IMG/VR virus record: IMGVR_UViG_3300032335_000151
Coordinates: 1-40,416 of that record
Length of the DNA stretch: 40,416 nucleotides
Direction: 5' to 3' (one strand)
DNA from: a virus
Lineage: Duplodnaviria; Caudoviricetes
Shown here: piece after piece, positions 33,635 to 40,416 of the stretch
Layout of the letters: each line of letters begins with the position of its first letter
Numbering within the stretch: the stretch's first letter is position 1
The notes under the pieces: model-generated
Database searches by the model: none
Seen by the model: only the letters and a program-made list of their open reading frames with translations
Told to the model about the DNA's origin: nothing
Program-made: the position numbers and the translations under genes

Positions 33635-34536
33635 TGCCAACATTATCAGATATGATTGATGAGGTTAAAGTCAACCTCCAGGGTTATACCCTTCGCCAAG
33701 ATAGAATTACATACGTAGCAAATGCTGGAGGATTAACTACTTCTACTACAACTGTTACAGTTGGTTCATCTAGTAACCTTGCAAAAGGTATTATTGAGAT
33801 TGACGATGAGTTGGTACTCGTTGATACCTATGACAAGGCATCTAACACACTTACAATTATGCCAGGCTTTGGCCGTGGCTATCAGCATTCAACTGCAGCA
33901 ACACATAATCAATATGCTCCAGTTATCCTTGCCCCAGCATTTCCTAGAGTATCAATCAAGCAAGCAATTAACGACACCATTGCCTCCTTGTATCCTAAGT
34001 TATGGGCAAACGCAACAACTACTCTTACATACAATCCAGCGGTTACTACCTATGAGTTGCCAGCAGGGATTGAGGACATAACTACATTATCATGGCAGGC
34101 AATTGGACCTTCTAAAGAATGGATTCCAATTAACAATTGGCGCATGGACCCAATGGCAAATACAACTGCATTTGCATCTGGAAGTTCCGTGTCTATCCAT
34201 GATAGAATTACGCCAGGACGCACAATCCAAGTAGCCTATCGTAAGGCTCCAACAATTTTGACTAACACATCAGATGAGTTCACAACAGTATCTGGCTTGC
34301 CAGCATCTTGTCGTGACGTGGTAGTATTAGGCGCAGCCTATAAGATGCTCTCATATGTTGATGCGGGACGAGTCAATCTTACTTCGGCAGAGGCTGATGC
34401 AGCAGATACTAAAACACCATCTACCGCAGGCACATCTGTATCGAAGTATATCTTTGCTCTCTATCAACAAAGACTTAATGAAGAGAGTTCCAAGATGTCA
34501 GGTCAGTACCCAATTCGTCCTCATCGCATAGGCTAA
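33634..34536 (+). CDS. Putative head-tail adaptor/tail tubular protein
   Basis: Position, helical termini, YELP..I and V.LGAAY pattern. Confidence 0.55.
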   Translation: MPTLSDMIDEVKVNLQGYTLRQDRITYVANAGGLTTSTTTVTVGSSSNLAKGIIEIDDELVLVDTYDKASNTLTIMPGFGRGYQHSTAATHNQYAPVILAPAFPRVSIKQAINDTIASLYPKLWANATTTLTYNPAVTTYELPAGIEDITTLSWQAIGPSKEWIPINNWRMDPMANTTAFASGSSVSIHDRITPGRTIQVAYRKAPTILTNTSDEFTTVSGLPASCRDVVVLGAAYKMLSYVDAGRVNLTSAEADAADTKTPSTAGTSVSKYIFALYQQRLNEESSKMSGQYPIRPHRIG

Positions 34537-34546
34537 GGAAATATAA

Positions 34547-35200
34547 ATGGCTAGAAAATACTCCAGTATCAGCGTAGCGACAACGCTCAACGGTACTATC
34601 TCATCATCTACAACAACCATTCAGGTTGCTGCTGGTACTACTGCACTACTCCTTGGTGGAGTAACTCTTGCACCAGCCAACGTAGACCAGTTTGCAATTG
34701 CTATTGACCCAGATACAGCATCTGAAGAAATTGTTTTTGTTACTGGCGTATCTGGTGACATTCTTACTGTAGTCCGTGGTCGTGCTTCTTCAACAGCACT
34801 TACACATACAACTGGTGCAACTATCCAGCACGTACTGACTGGTGAAGATTTAGATTTCTTTGGAAGTACGGCACCAACATCTTATGTTACCGCTAAAGGT
34901 GACTTGCTTGCTGCAACAGGAGCGGGTGCGATTGCACGTAGGTCAGTAGGAACTGACGACCAAGCACTTGTTGCAGACTCAACAGCAGCAACTGGTGTTT
35001 CTTATAAAGGAGCAGTTTTAACTACTTCTTTTATCAAAGGCTCATTAGCGGTAGGTACTGGTTCAGGAACATATTCAATTCAAGCAGTAGGCGCCAATGG
35101 CGAAGTTTTAACAGCAGACTCAACTCAAGCAGATGGTGTCAAATGGGCAGCGGTAGATACGGGTAACGTAGAACTTCCGTTCATTATGGGCGCTTACTAA
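34547..35200 (+). CDS. Tail fibre-related protein
   Basis: EEIVFVT..LTVVRG; two VG.(D/N).Q/E.L.ADST.A.GV repeats. Confidence 0.6.
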   Translation: MARKYSSISVATTLNGTISSSTTTIQVAAGTTALLLGGVTLAPANVDQFAIAIDPDTASEEIVFVTGVSGDILTVVRGRASSTALTHTTGATIQHVLTGEDLDFFGSTAPTSYVTAKGDLLAATGAGAIARRSVGTDDQALVADSTAATGVSYKGAVLTTSFIKGSLAVGTGSGTYSIQAVGANGEVLTADSTQADGVKWAAVDTGNVELPFIMGAY

Positions 35201-35214
35201 GAAAAGGAAAATAA

Positions 35215-36006
35215 ATGCCAACAAACAGCCCCGCGGTACTTTATCGCGGAAACCCACAATACGGAGCAACCAACGTTGTAAGAACTGTCACAACGGCTGC
35301 ACTTACTTCCAACTTGGTAACGCTCACATTTGGTTCTAACCACGGTCTAACACAGGTTGGAACTCTTATTAACGTCCAAGGAGTTGGAGCAGCCTACGAT
35401 GGTCTATTCCCAGTCAACTCATTCCCTGGTCTCAACACAGCAACTTATGTAGTTACTAACGCAAACATTGGTTCAGCAGCAGTAACACCTAATGGTTCAG
35501 CAATTCTTAACTCAGGTGTAACTGTTGGTGGTGCTATCTCTAACGTAGCAATTGTTAACTATACAGCACTTGTCTCTACATCAGCAGCCCATGGATTGGC
35601 TATTGGAGATATTGTTCAAGTAAATAGTGGCAATACTGGAATTAACGGAACTTGGGTAGTAACTTCAGTTCCTTCCGCATCTATCTTTACATTCTTATCA
35701 TCAACTCAGACACTTGCGTCTACCGCAATTACTCAAGGTGCTTTTGCTAAGGCTCCAGATGTGTATACAGTTCCAGCATCTACAACTGCAATTCTTACAA
35801 ATATTACAGTTACAAATCCATCAACTGCTGGTGCGCTTTTATCAATATCTATAGATGGTGTTCCATTAGTTAAACAATTAACAGTTGCTGGAAACGGAAC
35901 AACACTTCTTGATATTAAACAAGTTGTTGGAACTACAAAAAAAGTATCAATTCTTGCATCAATCCCACAAGCAGACGTAATGATTTCAGGAATGACGGTG
36001 GTGTAA
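35215..36006 (+). CDS. Beta-rich tail/structural protein with two HGL..G repeats
   Basis: NHGLTQVG and AHGLAIGD repeats; Thr/Val-rich. Confidence 0.6.
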   Translation: MPTNSPAVLYRGNPQYGATNVVRTVTTAALTSNLVTLTFGSNHGLTQVGTLINVQGVGAAYDGLFPVNSFPGLNTATYVVTNANIGSAAVTPNGSAILNSGVTVGGAISNVAIVNYTALVSTSAAHGLAIGDIVQVNSGNTGINGTWVVTSVPSASIFTFLSSTQTLASTAITQGAFAKAPDVYTVPASTTAILTNITVTNPSTAGALLSISIDGVPLVKQLTVAGNGTTLLDIKQVVGTTKKVSILASIPQADVMISGMTVV

Positions 36007-36007
36007 T

Positions 36008-36907
36008 ATGGGTCTAACTTATCAACCAATAGCAGCAGGTGCTAAATTAAGAAACATTTATACTACTTCAAGCACAACAACAATTCCAGGTTTATCAACT
36101 GCTAGTCCTTTTACTGTCTATGTAGTTCTGACCGCTGGCGGTGGCGGGGGTAGTTCTCCTGGCATGAATAATAACGTTGGAGAATCTGGCTGCGGAGGTG
36201 GCGGTGGTGGTGGTGGTTTTGTTGCATTTGGAACAATTCCTATGTTTGGCAATATTGGTTTCTCAGTAGGCGCTGGCGGGGCAGGTGGAGGCGCGAATGC
36301 TTATCCTTCATCTCCAGGAAGCGCTGCAACTTCAGGTGGTAGTACAAACTTTGCTGGTTTAATTGCAACTGGCGGTACTTGTGGAACAAATCCAACTAGT
36401 CCTAGCCAAGCAGTAGGATTAGCAGGTGGTGCAGGTGGCAGCGGCGGAGGAGGCGGCGGCGGTGGTGGTTACGGCGCTAACGGAACTGGTGGCGCTGGCG
36501 GTGCAGGTGGTGCTAGTGGCGCATCAGGCACAGCAGGCACAGCAGGTTCAGGTTTTGCTAGCAGCAATTTTTCTGCAGGTACTTTTGGAACTGGAAGTTT
36601 AACTACTGGCTCTCCTGGCGGAGGTGGCGGTGGTACTGCTTCTAGAAACAACAATACAACTGTTGTTGCAGGCGGTGCTGGTGGTGCTACTGGTTCTTGG
36701 GGTGGCGCAGGAGGTGCTGGCGGAGATGGTAATGCTGCTACTGGAACCGTTGCTCAAGTTGGAAAGGCTGGTTCTGCTGGTACTGCTCCTGGTGGTGGCG
36801 GTGGAGGTGGTGGTGGTGCAAACTTAGGTAGCACTGGTAGCGCTTCTGGCGTAAATACAGGTGCAGGTGGCGCTGGCGCTGCTGGTCAAATTTATTTATA
36901 CTATTAA
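36008..36907 (+). CDS. Glycine-rich tail fibre/receptor-binding-like protein
   Basis: GGGGG and GGAGG repeats; ends GAGAAGQIYLYY. Confidence 0.7.
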   Translation: MGLTYQPIAAGAKLRNIYTTSSTTTIPGLSTASPFTVYVVLTAGGGGGSSPGMNNNVGESGCGGGGGGGGFVAFGTIPMFGNIGFSVGAGGAGGGANAYPSSPGSAATSGGSTNFAGLIATGGTCGTNPTSPSQAVGLAGGAGGSGGGGGGGGGYGANGTGGAGGAGGASGASGTAGTAGSGFASSNFSAGTFGTGSLTTGSPGGGGGGTASRNNNTTVVAGGAGGATGSWGGAGGAGGDGNAATGTVAQVGKAGSAGTAPGGGGGGGGGANLGSTGSASGVNTGAGGAGAAGQIYLYY

Positions 36908-36911
36908 AATT

Positions 36912-37118
36912 ATGTATAAATTAAATACAATGTATGCGGTATTACATACCGATGATAAAACAGTTGTTGACGTAATACCACCCGATAGAACAATTGAAGA
37001 AATAACTAAATGGGCGGATGGCAGAAAGTTAATTGAAATGACTTTTGAAAACAGTCCTGGAGTTATAATGGGAACTTATGAAAATGGTAAATTCTATCCA
37101 CCGAAAGGATATAACTAA
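36912..37118 (+). CDS. Small fibre-associated protein
   Basis: YAVL..VVDVI...GTYENGKFYPP; similar to the next ORF. Confidence 0.6.
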   Translation: MYKLNTMYAVLHTDDKTVVDVIPPDRTIEEITKWADGRKLIEMTFENSPGVIMGTYENGKFYPPKGYN

Positions 37119-37288
37119 TGGCTAATTTTGCCGTAATTAAAGATAATTTAGTAACAAATATTATTGTTGCTGAAACCAAAGAAATTGCTGAATTAGTAAC
37201 TGGATTAACCTGTATTGAGTATACACAAGAAAATCCTGCTGGTCCAGGATGGTCATATAATGGAAATAGTTTTGCTCCTCCTGCGTAA
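37118..37288 (+). CDS. 56-aa fibre-associated protein; not in ORF track
   Basis: MANFAVIKDNLVTNIIVA...GWSYNGNSFAPPA; AAGGA RBS. Confidence 0.7.
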   Translation: MANFAVIKDNLVTNIIVAETKEIAELVTGLTCIEYTQENPAGPGWSYNGNSFAPPA

Positions 37289-37351
37289 ATATAATTATTT
37301 ATAGTCTATACTATTAATGACGTAAAACATCTGCAAAGAAAAGGGACAAAA

Positions 37352-38074
37352 ATGTTCAAAAGAAAAAATAAACCAGAAATTACTGTAGTTGCTACAATGG
37401 TAGGAATGACTGAAGATAAGTTAATAGCCCCAGTAGCGGCACATAAATTCTACCCATCTTGGTGGAAAGATATGCCAAGAGATTTGCCTTGGGGTGATTC
37501 ATCTTATAGAAAAAGAGGAACCGTTAAGGTATGCCCGTCTTTTGTTCATTGGTTTAGCAAAGGAATTATTATTCCAGCGTGGTGTGACATGACATTAAAG
37601 TATAATTCTATAACAAAAATGTGGAATTGGACTGCTGGAAGGCAATCTAATTACTCTATTGATGTCCATGAGAATGACCAATTTTTAGACCATGCTGATT
37701 ATATTAACAAGGGATTACAAACAGAATTTATATTTAAATTAATTTGTCCTTGGCGTATAATTACACCTAAAGGTTGGTCTGTTTTACAAGTTCCATTGTT
37801 TTATCACTCTGAACAAGAGTGGAGCGTTTTGCCAGGAATAATTGACACAGATGTTCACCATCAAATAAATCAACAAATTGCTTATTATGGAAAAGGTAAA
37901 GAAATCTTTATTCCTAAAGGAACTCCATTAGTACATTATATGCCATTTAAAAGAAGCAAAACAACTTTAGAAATTAGAGATGAAACTGCAAATGATAAAA
38001 GAAAATTTCAAGTTTCTTCTAATATTATGGAATCTGAATTTAGACACGGATATAAAAATCTACATCAAGAATAA
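37352..38074 (+). CDS. Hypothetical protein (DUF6065-like/dUTPase-like beta fold)
   Basis: TVKVCPSF..GIIIPAWCD, PWRIITPKGWS, PGIIDTD, IPKGTPL..PFKR. Confidence 0.55.
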   Translation: MFKRKNKPEITVVATMVGMTEDKLIAPVAAHKFYPSWWKDMPRDLPWGDSSYRKRGTVKVCPSFVHWFSKGIIIPAWCDMTLKYNSITKMWNWTAGRQSNYSIDVHENDQFLDHADYINKGLQTEFIFKLICPWRIITPKGWSVLQVPLFYHSEQEWSVLPGIIDTDVHHQINQQIAYYGKGKEIFIPKGTPLVHYMPFKRSKTTLEIRDETANDKRKFQVSSNIMESEFRHGYKNLHQE

Positions 38075-38194
38075 AGGAATACAATTAATTGCTTAATTGT
38101 GATTACTGCGATAAAGAGTACGAACCTATAGCCACTCGTTGGCTATGTCCACATTGTCATATGAAATCTAACTGTTGTGAAGGAGCGCCCTTAA

Positions 38195-40165
38195 ATGGCG
38201 ATTAACAAAGACGTAACGGAAGACTTACCGTATTCCTTATCCAACCCTATCTCCTCAGTTAGTTATACACCGACAGCCGAGGACTACGATGTATCATTTG
38301 GTGTTTATCCGTTCTTCCTAGGAACTACGGATGAATTTCCATACCGTCGTCAGACAGCCCCATATCGCAAGCAACAGATTGACCAGAGTAATGAACCTGG
38401 TGAGCAGTCACTATCTAACTGGTGGCTCCGCTCCCAGAGTTCATTCCACAAAGGTGCTGGAATTAGATTCTATGACCCAACTGCTGGTGAAACTGTACCG
38501 TATCGCTTTACTGATAGCCGTGGTGTAGATGTATGGACTAAGGGTAAGGTTACACTTCTTAAAGATGTAACACCTGTACACCTTACAACTGGAACAATCC
38601 GTGCCAATGGTCGTCCTGCTCAGTACTCTCGTTCTGTTCGTTATGGAACAACAAATGGAGTATTGCTTGCGGATGATTACGATGTAGATAAAATTACAGA
38701 TGCTGGTCAAGTTCACTTTGTTGATTATAATTCTGGTACAGATACACCTGTATTTGCTATATGCGATGACGGACAGTATGCTTACTGGCTAACCAATGCA
38801 ACTTCAGCAAGCAGCAAGTTGACTGTATATAAAAAATTACTTACTCAAACTTCTGCTGATGCAGACACTATGATGTTTCAACAAAACGGTGTAGTTGTAA
38901 CTAATGCTGTAATGGAGTTTGTTAAAGAACGTATTGTTATGTGTGCTAACAACTCAGTATACGAGTTTGCATCCAGTGCATCTTCAATGCCTACTGCCGT
39001 ATACACACATCCTAACACTGACTATGTGTTCACTAGCATTACTGCATCAGGACCTGCCATCTATGTGTCTGGTTACAATGGACTTAAGTCCGTAATTCAC
39101 AAGTTTACTCTTTCCACCAATGGAACGATGCCTACCCTGACATCAGCACAAGTTGCTGCTGAAATGCCAGAAGGTGAAATTATCTACAAGATTTATTACT
39201 ACCTTGGGTACATGATGATTGGTACTAGCAAGGGTGTCCGCGCTGCGACAGTTAATGACCAAGACGGTTCTATTAATTATGGCCCACTTATTGTGGAAAC
39301 ATCTATCCCAGTGTATGACTTTGCTGCACGTGATAAGTATATCTGGTGCACAGCCACAGTCGGAACTAGCCCAGGAACTATTCGTATTAACTTAGGCGAA
39401 GAAATTGAAACACTTCGCTTCGCTTACGCTAATGATATATATGCGCCAACTGTAACTAATGGTGCTGTATCTACTGCGTTAGCATTTATTGGAAATACAT
39501 CTCGATTAGCATTTTCTACTAATGCCCTGTCTGCCGCTTCAGGTGATGAGGGTGGCAACTATCTTGAGTCTGCAACTAACTATGTATCTAGCGGATACTT
39601 ACAAAGTGGATATATTAGATACGCCACAATTGAAGACAAAGTATTTAAAACTCTCCACGTAAATATGGAGAACGCCAACGGTGGGCTTACCGTTCAAAGC
39701 ATCTCAAAGTCTGGCCAAGAATATACAATTGCCAACTTTGGTGCTGGTGATTTAATTGAACCATTTGCTGTAGCATTTCCCCTTGGTACTCAGGAGTATG
39801 TATCCTTTAAGTTTAACTTTACTCCAAAAACCAGTACAGTTACGCCAACTTTCTCAGCATATCAACTTAAAGCATTGCCCGCTATTGCGCGTCAGCGCTT
39901 GATTCAGTACCCTGTCTTATGCTATGACACAGAGACAGATAAGTTTAGTAATCAAATAGGGTACGAAGGCTACGCCTTTGCTCGTATTTCCCAGATAGAA
40001 TCATTGGAGTCTGCTGGCGATACTATCCGTGTGCAAGATTTCCGTAACGGCGAGACATACCTTGGCGTTATTGAAGAAATTAATTTCATGAACAGAACAC
40101 CGCCATCATCCAGATTCTCTGGCTTTGGTGGTATGCTTCTGGTTACAGTAAGAACGGTCTCATAA
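38195..40165 (+). CDS. Putative tail nozzle/tubular protein B (beta-propeller-like)
   Basis: 656 aa, beta-rich, last structural gene; AAGGAG RBS. Confidence 0.6.
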   Translation: MAINKDVTEDLPYSLSNPISSVSYTPTAEDYDVSFGVYPFFLGTTDEFPYRRQTAPYRKQQIDQSNEPGEQSLSNWWLRSQSSFHKGAGIRFYDPTAGETVPYRFTDSRGVDVWTKGKVTLLKDVTPVHLTTGTIRANGRPAQYSRSVRYGTTNGVLLADDYDVDKITDAGQVHFVDYNSGTDTPVFAICDDGQYAYWLTNATSASSKLTVYKKLLTQTSADADTMMFQQNGVVVTNAVMEFVKERIVMCANNSVYEFASSASSMPTAVYTHPNTDYVFTSITASGPAIYVSGYNGLKSVIHKFTLSTNGTMPTLTSAQVAAEMPEGEIIYKIYYYLGYMMIGTSKGVRAATVNDQDGSINYGPLIVETSIPVYDFAARDKYIWCTATVGTSPGTIRINLGEEIETLRFAYANDIYAPTVTNGAVSTALAFIGNTSRLAFSTNALSAASGDEGGNYLESATNYVSSGYLQSGYIRYATIEDKVFKTLHVNMENANGGLTVQSISKSGQEYTIANFGAGDLIEPFAVAFPLGTQEYVSFKFNFTPKTSTVTPTFSAYQLKALPAIARQRLIQYPVLCYDTETDKFSNQIGYEGYAFARISQIESLESAGDTIRVQDFRNGETYLGVIEEINFMNRTPPSSRFSGFGGMLLVTVRTVS

Positions 40166-40368
40166 TGAATGCAACAGAATGGGCTGGATTAGCAGTCGCA
40201 GTAGCAACTATCGTAGCAAGTTTTGCAGGTTTCATCCGATGGATGGTCAAGCATTACTTGTCTGAACTTAAACCTGACGGCAACGGGGGACATAACCTAG
40301 AGGGACGCATTACCCGATTGGAAACCCGAGTTGACCAAATCTACACACTCCTTTGCGAGAAGAAGTAG
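40165..40368 (+). CDS. Single-TM plus coiled-coil protein (holin/lysis-associated)
   Basis: TM helix, then KPDGNGG and RITRLETRVDQIY. Confidence 0.65.
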   Translation: MNATEWAGLAVAVATIVASFAGFIRWMVKHYLSELKPDGNGGHNLEGRITRLETRVDQIYTLLCEKK

Positions 40369-40416
40369 AAATTTATTTGCAGCATTCTGCGTAGCACTAG
40401 CAGGAAATCTTTTCTT
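40294..40416. repeat. Terminal direct repeat, copy 2
   Basis: Identical to 1-123. Confidence 0.95.

Overview
This window is an apparently complete, circularly assembled ~40.3 kb tailed-phage genome: bases 1-123 are repeated exactly at 40294-40416. The host is probably an actinobacterium, because the phage encodes WhiB; the moderate GC content suggests a freshwater low-GC lineage (inference). There are three modules. (1) A rightward replication operon (3.5-9.8 kb) encodes a split RecB/Cas4-like exonuclease, DnaB-like helicase, Holliday junction resolvase, split primase, metallophosphoesterase and a sigma-like factor; I found no DNA polymerase. (2) A leftward, probably early, operon (15.7 to 9.8 kb) encodes an Arg-rich first protein, a Zn-finger amidoligase, a class II glutamine amidotransferase, WhiB, a lytic transglycosylase and an FmdB Zn-ribbon protein. 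It is driven by five sigma70-type promoters, four of them with an upstream GACAC motif. (3) A rightward late operon runs from 16.6 kb through the junction to 3.1 kb and encodes terminase, portal, a proteasome-beta-like peptidase, large virion proteins, scaffold, capsid, basic mini-proteins, a glycosyltransferase, podovirus-like tail genes and the lysis cassette. I saw no integrase, tRNA, rRNA or CRISPR array. The most unusual signals lie in the early region: three hairpins sharing a C-AAGUC-G loop next to a lambda-N-like Arg-rich gene, a 48-nt tRNA-like element, compact pseudoknots, a GACAC/WhiB promoter logic, and a 6.5 kb stretch lacking TGCA and GCWGC sites. All family calls come from motif recognition by eye; no database searches were run.
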